A DNA stretch of 64,000 bases from an uncultured Gammaproteobacteria bacterium. GTDB taxonomy: Bacteria > Pseudomonadota > Gammaproteobacteria > Steroidobacterales > Rariloculaceae. Position numbers and translations under genes: made by a program. The notes below the pieces were generated by a model that was not told the origin of the DNA, searched no databases, and saw nothing but the letters and a program-made list of their open reading frames with translations. This document shows, piece by piece, positions 21,195-32,318 of this stretch (position 1 is its first letter; each line of letters begins with the position of its first letter). The DNA is taken from assembly GCA_963714705.1 (NCBI GenBank), contig CAVQPJ010000005.1, positions 270,321 through 334,320 on the forward strand, written 5' to 3'.

Positions 21195-23821
21195 CAATCC
21201 GAGCTCGTACGGGTGCGACAGATGCGGATGATCGGGCACGCACCGGACTTCGTATTGGAGCGTGCCGGCCCACGGCGGTTGGAGCTCGAGCCGGTAGCGG
21301 CAGTTGCCGGCCCCGTCGACGTCACCGGGCGTGAACGGCGCCGAGCAGAGCCGCGCGCCCTTCGAGATAGCCGACGCCGTGCTTCGGCCGGCGGTTCTCG
21401 GCGTAGCCCTGCACGGGCACGACGAGCTCCGAGCCGAGCACGCGCCGCACCTGGCATTCGACGCGCACGTCGCGCGGCGCTAGGCCGTTCAGCGCGACTT
21501 CGACCTCGAGCGTCGACGCGCTCGGCGAACGAGATCTCCGCGGCCGCGCTGCCGAGCAGCTTCAGCGCCACGCCGGGCCACGCCGCTCGGACCTTCTCCT
21601 TCCATGCCCGAGCTCGCGAGCGACCTCGAAGTCGTCGGCCGCCAGGGCGCGACCGTGGCGCGCCGCCGGAGCGTAGAAGTCCCGCAGGTAGTCGCGCAGC
21701 ACGCGCTCGCTGTTGAACGCCGGCAGCACGCTCGCCATCGAGCGCTTGCACAGCTGCACCCACTCCGGCGAGTAGCCGAGCCGCGCGTCGCGCGCGTAGT
21801 AGAGCGGCACGACCTCGTCCTGCAGGATCTCGTAGAGCGTCGTCGAGTCTTGTCGGTCGCGGTCGGCATCGCCCTGGTCGTCGCGACCCGGCGGTATGCC
21901 CCAGCCGTTCTTCGAGCCGCGGCGGCCGTCGTACGCTTCGGCCCACCAGCCGTCGAGCACGCTCAGGTTCACGGTGCCGTTGATCGCGGCCTTCATGCCG
22001 GACGTGCCGCTTGCCTCTTGACGGATGCGACGGGAGTGTTGAGCCAGACGTCGACACCCGACGTCAGCAACCGGCCGATGGCCGAGATCGTAGCCCTCGA
22101 CGCAGCAGCATCTTGCCGATGAACGGCGGCAGGCTCGAGACGCGCTGTATCTCGCGCATCATCCACTGCGCCGGCTCGTCGGCCGGATGCGCCTTGCCGG
22201 CGAACAGGAACAGGACCGGCTGGTGCTCGTTGCGGACGAGCTGCTCGAGCCAGCCGAGGTCCGCCATCAGCAGCGTCGCGCGCTTGTAGGTCGCGAACCG
22301 CCGCGCGAAGCCGATCGTGAGCACATCGGGCTTGTCGGGATCGAGCGAGCTTCAATAACGCGGTGGACGTGCGCCTCGCTCAAACCGTTGCGTTGATACT
22401 GCTGCGTGAGCCGCTCGCGCAGCACGCTGCAACATCTGGCTCTTGACCTTCTGGCTCGTCTCCCAGAACAACGCGTCGGGGATCGCCTCGATGCGAGCGA
22501 GCAGCGCGCGGTCCGTCATGCGCTCGCGCCAGTCCGCGCCGAGATGCTGATCGAAGAGCTTCGCCCAGGTGTGCCGCAGGAACGTCGCCACGTGCACGCC
22601 GTTCGTGACGAAGCCCATCGGGTTCTCGGCCGGAGGCACGTCGGGCCAGGCGCTCGCGCACAAGCCGCGACGACACCTGACCGTGAATCTTGCTGACGCC
22701 GTTGACCGCCGCGGAGCCGCGCAGCGCGAGCCGCGTCATGTTGAATACGTCGGGTCGCTCGGGCGCGCGGCCGAGGTCGAGCAGCTGCTCCGGCCGAGAT
22801 GCCGAGCTCTGCCGGCGAAGCTCGCGAACTGCCGCGCAACGCGGTCGGGCGGAAACACGTCGTGACCGGCGCTGACGGGCGTGTGCGTCGTGAACACCGT
22901 GTTGGCGGCCGTCGCTTCGAGCGCGGCCGCGAACGGCAAGCCGGCCGTCGTGTGCTCGCGCAGCCGCTCGAGCACGGAGGAACGCCGCGTGCCCCTCGTT
23001 GATGTGCCACACCGTCGGCTCGAGCCCGAGCGCACGCAGCGCGCGCACGCCGCCGATGCCGAGCACGGCCTCCTGTTGCTGCCGCAGCTCATTGCTGCCG
23101 CCGTAGAGCGTGCCCGTGATCAGCCGATCCTCGGCGACGTTCTCCGGCACGTCCGTGTCCAGCAGCAGCACCGTGACACGGCCGACCGGCGCCTTCCACA
23201 CGCGCACCGCGACGTGCGCTCGAGCCCGGGGCACGTCGACGCGCACCTCGCTGCCGTCGGGGTTCAGCGCCATCGACAGCGGCGCGCTGCGTGGATCGAT
23301 CGGCGGGTAGTCCGGTACCTGCTGGCCGCTGCGGTCGATGCGCTGGTGGAAATAGCCGTGCCGATACAGCAGACCGACGGCGACGAACGGCAGATCCAGA
23401 TCGCTGGCCGTCTTGCAGTGGTCGCCGGCGAGCACGCCCAGGCCGCCCGAGTAGATCGGAAAGCTCTCGTGCCAGCCGTACTCGGCGCAGAAGTACGCGA
23501 TGAGGTCGCCCTGCTCGAGCCCGTCGCGAGATGCGGGCGCGCTGCCGAGGTAGTCGTCGAACGCCGCCAGGATGCGTCGATACTCGTCGATGAAGCTCTG
23601 CGTCCGTCGCCGCATGATCGAGGATGCTCTGATCGACGGAGCGCAAGAACAGCCGCGGGCTGCCCTTCGACCTTGCGCCACAGGACGGGATCGAGCTTGC
23701 GGAACAGCTGCCCGAGCGACGGGTTCCAGCTGAACCAGAAATTCTTCGCGAGATCGTCGAGCCGCTGCAGCGAGGGAGGAATGCTAGGCGAAACCTGTAG
23801 CGCGAACACGCTGCTCGACAT
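21194..23821 (-). CDS. glgP: Alpha-glucan (glycogen) phosphorylase, alpha-glucan family type, frame-interrupted
   Basis: 23264..23875, from the Met at 23821 (MSSSVFALQVSPSIPPSLQRLDDLAKNFWFSWNPSLGQLFRKLDPVLWRKV). 22380..23681 (IAYFCAEYGWHESFPIYSGGLGVLAGDHCKTASDLDLPFVAVGLLYRHGYFHQRID...). 22064..22324 (LTIGFARRFATYKRATLL...FLFAGKAHPADEPAQ). 21562..21996 (KAAINGTVNLSVLDGWWAEAYD). Confidence 0.85.
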
Positions 23822-23878
23822 GGCAAATCCTTTTGGGTGCGAGTCAGCGTATTTTATGGGAGTCGGCGCGTCCACACC

Positions 23879-24700
23879 CTACTTGATCGCCATCTCAGCG
23901 ACCGTGCAGCCGACGGCGAATATCGGGATCGGCGCGTAGAAGAGGAGCTCTCCGGTAGAGCCTTCCGTCGCTCCGGCGACGCTGAGAAACGTGCGAATCT
24001 CGAACCCACCCTGCCCCGCCTCCCGCAGCGTCTGCTCGTCGCTGTACGAAGTCAGCGCGTCACGGTCGTTCGCGAGGAAGCGCGCGAGGAACTCGCGATC
24101 CCAGGCTTCGTTGATCGTCCCCGAGTCAGGAGTCGCGGGCCAATGCGAGATCCCGCCCGTGCCGACGAGCGCGATGCGCTCCGGTTGCGCGTCGCAAGCG
24201 CGGCGCAGCGTGCGGCCGAACTCGTACGCGCGCTTCAGCGGCGTCAGCGGAGGCCCCTGACAATTCACGTTGACCGGAATCACGTCCACATCGTAGCGCG
24301 GCGTCAAGAAGTGCAGCGGCACCATGATCCCGTGATCGAACTTCCACTCCTCCGCGTACGCGACGTCGATGCTCTCGAGCAAACCCTCGACGAGCCGGCG
24401 CGAGAGCGCCGCGTTGCCGGGCACGCGCCGCCGCTTGATCCCGAGCCAGTCTTCGTCCTCGATCGGTCCCTCGTACCCATCGGCCATCCCGACGCAATAC
24501 GCGGGCATGTTGCTCATGAAGAAGTTTGCGAAATGCTCGGCCGCGACGACGATCAGCGCGTCCGGCTTCGCGGCTTCCAGACGCGCGCGCATCTCGCCGA
24601 GCTTCGCGTAGAACGCGTCGCGGACGCGCGGCTCGGCGCGCGCTGCGCGGCCGGTAATGCCGGGCGCGTGGCTACAGACGCCGGCGAACACGAGGCTCAT
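23879..24700 (-). CDS. Class III extradiol ring-cleavage dioxygenase, LigB-type catalytic subunit (frame-intact)
   Basis: ORF 23879..24793 from the Met at 24700: MSLVFAGVCSHAPGITG...ALIVVAAEHFANFF...MPAYCVGMADGYEGPIEDEDWLGIKRRRVPGN...FDHGIMVPLHFLTP...IALVGTGGISHW. This is the typical LigB/HpaD-superfamily pattern. Confidence 0.8.
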   Translation of the reverse strand: MSLVFAGVCSHAPGITGRAARAEPRVRDAFYAKLGEMRARLEAAKPDALIVVAAEHFANFFMSNMPAYCVGMADGYEGPIEDEDWLGIKRRRVPGNAALSRRLVEGLLESIDVAYAEEWKFDHGIMVPLHFLTPRYDVDVIPVNVNCQGPPLTPLKRAYEFGRTLRRACDAQPERIALVGTGGISHWPATPDSGTINEAWDREFLARFLANDRDALTSYSDEQTLREAGQGGFEIRTFLSVAGATEGSTGELLFYAPIPIFAVGCTVAEMAIK

Positions 24701-25008
24701 CGCTGCCGGTCCTTCAGCATGCTGTAGAGGCCCGCGCGGACGGGGCCGTGCTTGCGCACGCCTTCGCGCATCGCGTCGATGTACACGTCCCACGGCTGGC
24801 CGAGCAGCGCGGCGTAGTGCATGAGGAGCTGGCCGTTGACGCCCATGACATAGAGCAATCCGACATCGCCGCTCTCGAGGGCCGCGCGCTCCTCCACGTC
24901 GAGCTCGTACTCGTCGAGCAGCCCGGCCTTGTCGGTCTCGAAGCGCTTGCGCACGGCGGGCTCGCGGTTGAGCTGATACAGCAGTTTTTGCACGTAGTAG
25001 AGGCTCAC
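24697..25008 (-). CDS. LigA-like small subunit of extradiol dioxygenase
   Basis: ORF 24697..25050 (SLYYVQKLLYQLNREPAVRKRFETDKAGLLDEYELDVEERAALESGDVGLLYVMGVNGQLLMHYAALLG). The likely GTG start at 25008 is 8 nt after the upstream stop. The stop overlaps the LigB-like start (ATGA at 24697-24700). Confidence 0.6.
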   Translation of the reverse strand: MSLYYVQKLLYQLNREPAVRKRFETDKAGLLDEYELDVEERAALESGDVGLLYVMGVNGQLLMHYAALLGQPWDVYIDAMREGVRKHGPVRAGLYSMLKDRQR

Positions 25009-25015
25009 GGCGCGC

Positions 25016-26534
25016 TCACTTGCCGAGCGTCGGCACGCGGTGCGTGCCATGAGCGACGCAGATGTTCTTCGTCTCCATGTAGAAGTCGAAGCTGTAGTCG
25101 CCGCCGTCGCGGCCGATGCCGCTCGCTTTCGTGCCGCCGAACGGCGTCGGCAAGTGCCGGTTGTTCTCGGAGTTGACCCAGACCATGCCGGCTTCGAGCG
25201 CGCGCGCGAACCGGTGCGCGCGGCCGACGTCGTTGGTCCAGAGATACCCGGCCAACCCGTAGCGCACGTCGTTCGCGAGCGCGAGCGCTTCCTTCTCGTC
25301 GGCGAACGGAATCACGGTCAGCACGGGCCCGAAAATCTCCTCCTGCGCGATCCGCATGGAATTCTGCGCGCCCGCGAGCACCGTCGGCTGCACGTAGTTG
25401 CCGCCTTGCGCCGCGGCTGCGCCGCCGACCGGAATCGGACTCGCTCGCGCGCGCGATGTCGAAGTAGCCGAGCACCTTCTGCGACGTGCCTCGGGTGGAT
25501 CAGCGGCCCGACCTCCGTCGCGGGATCGAGCGGATGACCGACCTTGATCTTGCGCACGCGTTCGACGAGCCGCTCGGTGAATTCGCGCTCGATCGACTTC
25601 TGCACGAGCAGCCGGCTCGACGACGTGCAGCGCTCGCCGTTCAAGCTGTAGATCATGAACACGACGGCGTCGAGCGCGCGCTCGAGGTCGGCGTCGTCGA
25701 ACACGACGACGGGATTCTTGCCGCCCAGCTCGAAGTGCGAGACGTTTCAGCGTCGGCGCGGCCTGCGTCATGATCGCGCTGCCCGTGGCCGATTCACCGA
25801 CGAACGCGACGGCACGAATCAGCGGATGCTCCGTCGCGGCCTTGCCCGCGGTCTCGCCGAGCCCGTGCACCGTGTTCAGCACACCGGCCGGCAGGCCGGC
25901 CGCGGTCGCGATCTCGGCGAGCAGCGTGGCCGTGATCGGGCTCCACTCGGCCGGCTTGTGCACGACCGTGCAGCCGGCCGCGAGCGCCGGCGCGATCTTC
26001 CACGTCGACAGCATGAACGGCGTGTTCCACGGCGTGATCGCGGCGACGGGACCGAGCGGCTGCCGCAGCGTGTAATTGACGTGCTCGCGCGCCGGCAGCG
26101 ACAAGCCGCGCTCGGCTTCTGGCGCCTTGTCGGCGAAGAAGCGAAAGTTCTCGGCGCCGCGCTTCGCGGCTGCGACATGAAGCGGATCGGCTGGCCCGTG
26201 TCGAGCGACTCGAGCAACGCGATCTCTTCGGCGCGCGCCTCGATCGCGTCGGCGATGCGCGTGCAACAGACTCGCGCCGGTCGTTGCCCGGCAGATCGCG
26301 CCACGCGGGGAATGCGCGCTGCGCGGCTTCGGCCGCCGCGGCGACGTCGGCCGCGTCGCCGGCGGCCACTGCCGCGAGCACGCCGTCGTCGATCGGCGAG
26401 CGAGTCTCGAAGGTTCGCCCCGATCGCGCGGCACGTGGCGCACCGTCGATGAAATGCGGACACACCGCTCGCGCGAAAACGCGCGAGATACTGCTCGGCC
26501 TTCGCGACGTTGCCGTCGAACGGACGACGCTCAT
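25016..26534 (-). CDS. NAD-dependent aldehyde dehydrogenase (hydroxymuconic-semialdehyde dehydrogenase-like), frame-interrupted
   Basis: 25016..26443 (…ITPWNTPFMLSTWKIAPALAAGCTVVHKPAEWSP...FVGESATGSAI...EEIFGPVLTVIPFADEKEALALANDVRYGLAGYLWTND...NNRHLPTPFGGTKASGIGRDGGDYSFDFY). The start ATG overlaps the upstream stop (26531-26534). Confidence 0.85.
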
Positions 26535-26929
26535 GGCTTGCCGCCGCGGCGCTTGACGTGCTCGTGCAGATTGTTCTTCTTGAAGTTCAGCACGGGATGG
26601 AACTCCTGCACGTTCAGCGAGATCGCGAGTGGACTCTTCGCGTAGAGCGGCTCGAGATGCGCCGTCAGCACCGCGAACAGCTCCTCGGCCGCGCGCTGCT
26701 GCACATCGAGCGGCCGGCCATGGCCGATCAGCGCCGTGACGTGCACGAAGCCGTTCTCGGGCGCCTTGTCGGCGATGCGGTAGGCGTCGGCGCGATGCGC
26801 CCGAACGCGCAGCCCGCCGAGCGGAAACACGCCGGTGCCGAGCGCGCACGCGTGCAGCTTGTCGAGCAGCGCATCGAGCGCAATCTGATCCTCGATGTTG
26901 GCGGAATACTCGACGATCAGATGCGGCAA
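26531..26929 (-). CDS. hpaF: 5-carboxymethyl-2-hydroxymuconate isomerase (frame-intact)
   Basis: MPHLIVEYSANIEDQIALDALLDKLHACALGTGVFPLGGLRVRAHRADAYRIAD...FVHVTALIGHGRPLDVQ, characteristic of the CHM isomerase family. Confidence 0.8.
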   Translation of the reverse strand: MPHLIVEYSANIEDQIALDALLDKLHACALGTGVFPLGGLRVRAHRADAYRIADKAPENGFVHVTALIGHGRPLDVQQRAAEELFAVLTAHLEPLYAKSPLAISLNVQEFHPVLNFKKNNLHEHVKRRGGKP

Positions 26930-26978
26930 GGTGAATCCCGCTGCGGCTTAACGTACACTCGAAGCGATCCGACACGGT

Positions 26979-27005
26979 AATTGACGGCCGCAACGACTGT
27001 CAATT
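26979..27005. promoter_or_regulatory. Perfect 7-bp inverted repeat AATTGAC-N13-GTCAATT in a divergent promoter region (candidate operator)
   Basis: Read directly: aattgac ggccgcaacgact gtcaatt. It lies between the divergent CHM isomerase (start 26929) and the DapA-family gene (start 27044). Confidence 0.35.
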
Positions 27006-27043
27006 TCGCGCGCTCGCGAGTCCAAGTTTCGTCGAGACACGAA

Positions 27044-27950
27044 ATGCCGCAAAGACGACATACTCTCGCCGCGCTGCGCGGCTCGATTCCTCCGCTCATC
27101 ACTCCGTTCAAACGCGGCGACGTCGATTACGACCGCTATGCGGAGCTCGTCGAATTCCAGATCAAGCAAGGCTCGCACGGCATTCTCGTCAACGGCACGA
27201 CGGCCGAGCCGTCGACGCTGACGACCGACGAGCGCAACCGGCTCGTGACGCTCGCCGTCGAGACCGCGGCCGGCCGCGTGCCCGTCGTCGCGGCGACGGG
27301 CTCGCAGTCGCTGGCCGAGAGCCGCGTGCTGACCGAGCACGCGCTTAGCGGCAGGCGCCGATTCGCTGCTTGATCGTGACGCCGTACTACATCCGGCCGC
27401 CGCAGCGCGGCCTCGTCGCGTATTACCTCGAGCTCGCCGCAGGGCACGACGTGCCGTGGATGGTCTACCACATCCCGGGCCGCACGGCCGTCGGCGTCAC
27501 GCTCGACACGTTGAAGGCCGTCAAGGACAAGTCGCCGCATTTCGTCGGCATCAAGCAGGCCGTCAACGATCTCGGCTTCGTCTCCGAGTGCCTGCACGAG
27601 TTCGGCCGCGACTTCAAAGTGTTCGTGGGCCTCGAGGAGCTGAGCTTCCCGATGATGACGATCGGCGCCTGCGGCCTCATGAACGCCGTCGGCAATCTGA
27701 AGCCGAAGGTGCTCGCGCAGATGTGCGAGGCCGTGTTCGCAAGGCGATCTCGCGACGGGCCGGCGCCTGCACGAGCAGCTGCTCGAGATCAACAAGGCCG
27801 TGTTCTTCGACACGAACCCGATTCCGATGAAGTACATGATGAAGAAGCTCGGGTTGCTCGCGGACAACGAGCACCGCCTGCCGATGGTGCAGCGCGACGC
27901 CGGAGCTCGCGGCCAAGCTCGACGGCGTGCTCGAGCGCGCGGGTCTATAG
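27044..27950 (+). CDS. Dihydrodipicolinate synthase (DapA)-family lyase/aldolase, frame-interrupted
   Basis: 26981..27373 (LRGSIPPLITPFKRGDVDYDRYAELVEFQIKQGSHGILVNGTTAEPSTLTTDERNRLV...VPVVAATGS). 27370..28314 (IVTPYYIRPPQRGLVAYY...VPWMVYHIPGRTAVGVT...FVGIKQAV). 27800..28585 (FFDTNPIPMKYMMKKLGLL). Confidence 0.8.
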
Positions 27951-27958
27951 CGGCCGCC

Positions 27959-28831
27959 ATGCGCTTCCTGAGCTTCGCGGTCGGCGACTACGCGAGCTTC
28001 GGCGCCGTCAGCGGCGACGGCATCGTCGACCTCGGCCGGCTGCTCGGCGAGCAGCACCCGACGCTCGGCGCCGTGTTGCGCGCCGGCGAGCTGCACCGCG
28101 CGATGTCGCTCGGCGCGACGAGCAAGCCGACGATCGCGCTCGACGAGATCCGCTATCTGCCGACGGTATCCGATCCCGAGAAGATCATCTGCATCGGCAT
28201 CAACTACGGCAACCGCAACGACGAGTACAAGGACGGCGCCGAAGCGCCGCAGTATCCGAGCGTGTTCATGCGCACGCCGGGCAGCCTCGTCGGCCACCTC
28301 GAGCCGATCTGTGAATCCGCCGGAATCGCAGCAGCTCGACTACGAAGGCGAGATCGTGCTCGTGATCGGCAAGGCGGGCCGGCGCATCGCGGCCGCGGAC
28401 GCCTGGCAGCACGTCGCGGGGCTCACGCTGATGAACGAGGGCTCGGTGCGCGACTGGCTGCGCCACTCGAAGTTCAACGTGACGCCGGGCAAGAACTTCG
28501 AGCGCTCCGGCAGCCTGGGGCCGTGGCTCGTCACGGCCGACGAGATCGCGCGCCGGCGCGGAGCTGCACCTCACGACGCGCGTGAACGGCGAGCTGCGGC
28601 AGGACGACACGACGGCCAATCTGATCTTTCCGTTCGCGCGGCTCATCGAGTACCTGTCGAGCTTCATGCGGCTCGATGCCGGGCGACCTCATCGCAACCG
28701 GCACGCCGACGGGCGCCGGCGCGCGCTTCGATCCGCCGAAGTACCTGCGCGGCGGCGACACCGTCGAGGTCCACGTGCCGGAGATCGGCACGCTGCGCAA
28801 CGTCGTCGTCGACGAGCCGCCGGGGACTTGA
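27959..28831 (+). CDS. Fumarylacetoacetate hydrolase (FAH) family protein (HpaG-like isomerase/decarboxylase or hydratase), frame-interrupted
   Basis: 27800..28585 frame from the Met at 27959 (MRFLSFAVGDYASFGAVSGDG...KIICIGINYGNRNDEY). 28311..29453 (QLDYEGEIVLVIGKAGRRIAAADAWQHVAGLTLMNEGSVRDW...). 28582..29106 (NGELRQDDTTANLIFPFARLIEYLSSFMRL). Tail in my translation: GDLIATGTPTGAG. Confidence 0.8.
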
Positions 28832-28848
28832 GCGGACGAGCCAGGGGG

Positions 28849-29536
28849 ATGCCCTTCTTGATCCTCATCCTCGCGCTGCTCGCGCTCACCATCGGCCCGG
28901 GCCTGTGGGTGCAGGCCGTCATTCGCCGCTACCGCGAGCCCGCGAACCGCTATCCGCACACGGGCGGCCAGACCGCGCGCCATTTGCTCGACACGCTCGG
29001 CCTGCGCAACGTCATCACGGAGGTCACGCGAGCACGGCGACCACTACGATCCGCTCGCGAAAGCCGTGCGCCTCATCGGCCGACAACTTCAACGGCCGCT
29101 CGCTGACCGCCGTCACGATCGCCGCGCACGAGGTCGGCCACGCGCTGCAAGACGCGCGCGGGTTCGCGCCGCTGCGCATGCCGAACGCAGCTCGTGCACT
29201 GGGTGGCGCCGATCGAGAAGGTCGGCGCCGGCATGCTGATGCTCGCGCCGTTCGCCGGAGCGCTGACGCGCTCGCCGTATCTCGGTCTCATCGGGCTCGC
29301 GGGCGGCTTGCTGACGCTCGGCACGGGCGTCCTCGTCCACTTTCTCACGCTGCCGACCGAGCTCGACGCGAGCTTCGTGCGCGCCCTGCCGCTCATGAAG
29401 CAGCACGGCGTGCATCCGGCCCGACGATCTGCCGCGTGCGCGCCGCCTGCTGACGGCGGCGGCCTTCACCTACGTCGCCGTCGCACTCCAGAGCTTGCTG
29501 AACATCGCGCGCTGGTGGGCGATCCTGCGCCGTTGA
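28849..29536 (+). CDS. Membrane zinc metallopeptidase (YugP / Zn_peptidase_2-like), frame-interrupted
   Basis: 28582..29106 frame from the Met at 28849 (MPFLILILALLALTIGPGLWVQAVIRRYREPANRYPHTGGQTARHLLDTLGL). 28311..29453 (NFNGRSLTAVTIAAHEVGHALQDARGFAPLRM, HExxH). 29194..30048 (WVAPIEKVGAGMLMLAPFAGAL...GVLVHFLTLPTELDASF). Confidence 0.7.
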
Positions 29537-29544
29537 GCGCGCTT

Positions 29545-31706
29545 CACGGCGCCGTGAGCAGCTTCGTCATCTGCCACGCGGAGACGGGCTTCGAGAAGAA
29601 AAAGCCCTGCAGCTCGTCGCAGCCGTTCGCGCGCAGGAACTCGAGCTGCTCCTCGGTCTCGACGCCTTCGGCGAGCACCTTGAGCCCGAGGTTGTGGCCG
29701 AGCGCGATGATCGCGCGCACGATGACGGCGTCGTCGACATCGTGCCATGTGCTGCACGAACGAGCGATCGACCTTCAGGCGGTCGACGGGGAAGCGCTTC
29801 AAGTAGCTCAAGCTCGAGTAGCCGGTGCCGAAGTCGTCGACGGCGATGTGCACGCCGAGCTTCTTGATCGCGTGCAGCATCTCGACCATGCGCTCGCCGG
29901 CGTGCATGACGGTGCTCTCGGTGATCTCGATCTCGAGGCAGCCGGCGGTCCAGCCCGGTGTCGCGCGAGCACGCTTCGCGATCAGCGGCACGAGGCCGTC
30001 GCCGCGGAACTGCTGCGGCGAGATGTTCACCGACACGACGCACGGTAGGCCGGCGTCGAGCCAGCGCTTGTTCTGCGCGCACGCCGTGTCGCAGCACCCA
30101 CTCGCTGATCTGCCCGATGAGGCCGATCTCCTCGGCGACGGGGATGAACGTCGCCGGCGACACCAGGCCGCGGCCCGGCACGTGCCAGCGGATCAGCGCC
30201 TCGGCGCCGATGATCTTGCGCGTCGTCAAGTCGACGCGCGGCTGGTAGTACAGCTCGAACTGGCCGCGTTCGAGCGCGCGACGCAGCTGGCTCTCGAGAT
30301 CGAACCGCTCCTTGATCGCGCGATTCAGGTCTTCGGTGAAGAACTGGAAGTTGTTGCGGCCCTGCTCCTTCGCGCGATACATCGCCGAGTCGGCGTGCTT
30401 CAACAGCGTCGCGGGATCGCTGCCGTCGTCCGGATACAGCGCAACACCGATGCTGCACGTGACCTCGAGATCGTTCTGCGCCGTAACGCAGCGGCGCTGA
30501 GATCGTCGGCAACAGCCGCTCCAGGACCGCCGCGACGGTGTCCGGACCCGCTTGGCCGTGCAGCAGCAGCACGAACTCGTCGCCGCCGAGCCGGGCCACG
30601 GTGTCGCTCTCGGCGACGGCCGACCGTGAGCCGCTCCGCCATGACCTGGAGCAGCCGGTCGCCGACGTCGTGACCCAGGGTGTCGTTGATGTACTTGAAG
30701 CGGTCGAGATCGACGAACACGACTGCGAGCCGCGCGCCGTAGCTCGCGGCCGTGTAGATCGCCTGCTGCAGCCGATCGTTCAACAGCGAGCGGTTCGCGA
30801 GCCCCGTCAGCGAGTCGTAGTTCGCCTGTTGCTCGATGCGCGCCTGATTCTGGCGGCGCTCCGTGATGTCCTCGACCGTGCCCTCGTAATGCAGCACGCG
30901 GCCTTCGTCGTCGAACACGGCGCGCGCGTTCTCGGAGATCCAGATCGTGTCGCCGTTCTTGCGATAGACGCGCGACTCGAAGCCGCTGATCTCGCCGCGC
31001 GCCTTGACGATGCGCATGAACTCTTCGCGGCGGCCAGGGTCGACGTAGAGCTGGCTCTCGATGTCGTGCAACGACTCGACGAGCTCCTGCGGCGTCGCAA
31101 AACCGTAGATGCGCGCGAGCGCGGGATTCGCGTCCAGGTACCGGCCGTCCGGCGTCGTGCGAAAGATGCCCTCGATGGCGTTGTCGAACAGGCTGCGGTA
31201 GCGACGCTCGGCTTCCCGTAACGCCTGCTCGGATTCGACGCGCGCCGTGATGTCCTCGACGATGCCTTCGATCGCGACGACACGACCGTTCTCGTCGCGG
31301 ACGCCGACGCCGTGCTCCCACACCCAGCGAAGCGCGCCCGTCGGCGTGCTGAATGCGGTACTCGACCTGGAAACGCCGGCCTCTGCTCGACGGCGGCATG
31401 AATCATCTCGCGAACGGGGTCGCGGTCGTCGGGGTGCGTCAGCTCCTCGTACGAGACGCGGCCGTTCAGCAGCAGATCCTCGGGCGCGTAGCCCGTGAGC
31501 CGCGTGCAGCCCTCGCTGACGAACTCCATCGTCCAATCGGCGTCGTCACGGCAGCGATAGACCATGCCGTCGAGATTCGCCAGCAGCGTCTGGAACATCC
31601 AGTCGGTGCTCGGTGCGCCGAGGCGAGCGGATTCGTTGGCGACGAGCGCGACGGCGCTGCCTGCAGACAAAGGGACGAAGCGCCGAACCGGCGGGCTCGA
31701 AGTCAT
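29545..31706 (-). CDS. PAS-PAS-GGDEF-EAL cyclic-di-GMP signalling protein, frame-interrupted
   Basis: 30807..31706 (LANLDGMVYRCRDDADWTMEFVSEGCTRLTGYAPEDLL). 30400..31536 (second PAS: RYRSLFDNAIEGIFRTTPDGRYLDANPALARIYGF; GGDEF region: DSLTGLANRSLLNDRLQQAI...LAVVFVDLDRFKYINDTLGHDVGD). 29567..31399 (RLGGDEFVLL; EAL region: ELYYQPRVDLTTRKIIGAEALIRW). 29470..30036 (LEIEITES...IAVDDFGTGYSSLSYLKRFPVDRLKVDRSFV). Confidence 0.85.
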
Positions 31707-31829
31707 GGACGAGGAAGCTCCTGGAATCGGGCGGAATCGTGCTCGAAATCTCGACGGATTTCTCGGCGCGAATTCACAGAAGCTCAGGCTCGCACCGCAG
31801 AGGCGCAGGCGGCTCGGCAGGAGGCGCGG

Positions 31830-32318
31830 TTACGTCACTTCCAGCGGCTTCACGAGGAACCGCGTGGGCACGGAGCTGCCGGGCATGGAATCTTCGAATC
31901 CGACGCGTCGATACAGGGTCCGACCAGTCGTGTTGTCGTCGCGAACCTCGAGCGTCAGCCGACAGCAGCCCCTTCGTCGCGCGTGCTCCTCTACGGCGCG
32001 CAGCAAAGCGCGCCCGACACCTTTTCCTCGGTGCTGCGGGAGGACCGCCAAGTCGTGGATATTCAGTAACGGGCGCGCACGAAATGTGGACAGGCCGAAA
32101 AAGCACACGGCGACACCCACGGGCTCGTCGTCGACGAACGCGAGCAGCACCAATGACGTCGGGTGGTCACGCAGTGCGGGAACGACGCGCTCTCGGACCT
32201 CCGGCGCTAGCGCCTCGCCGCCGCCGATCGGATCCACGGCATAGGAATCGAGCACGGCGACGATGGCGCCGGCGTCGCGGCGATTGCCGAAGTCTGCTTC
32301 ACGAATGCGGAGGTTCAT
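31830..32318 (-). CDS. GNAT-family N-acetyltransferase (frame-intact)
   Basis: ORF 31830..32318: ...VGVAVCFFGLSTFRARPLLNIHDLAVLPQHRGKGVGRALLRAVEEHARRRGCCRLTLEVRDDNTTGRTLYRRVGF, the acetyl-CoA-binding Q/RxxGxG/A motif. The start overlaps the lspA stop. Confidence 0.8.
   Translation of the reverse strand: MNLRIREADFGNRRDAGAIVAVLDSYAVDPIGGGEALAPEVRERVVPALRDHPTSLVLLAFVDDEPVGVAVCFFGLSTFRARPLLNIHDLAVLPQHRGKGVGRALLRAVEEHARRRGCCRLTLEVRDDNTTGRTLYRRVGFEDSMPGSSVPTRFLVKPLEVT

Noticed and set aside
31830-32318. The GNAT gene as the toxin of a GNAT/antitoxin (TacT-like) pair
   Set aside because: There is no adjacent small RHH/Xre-type antitoxin ORF. The gene is translationally coupled to lspA within a longer operon, so an ordinary acetyltransferase is more parsimonious.
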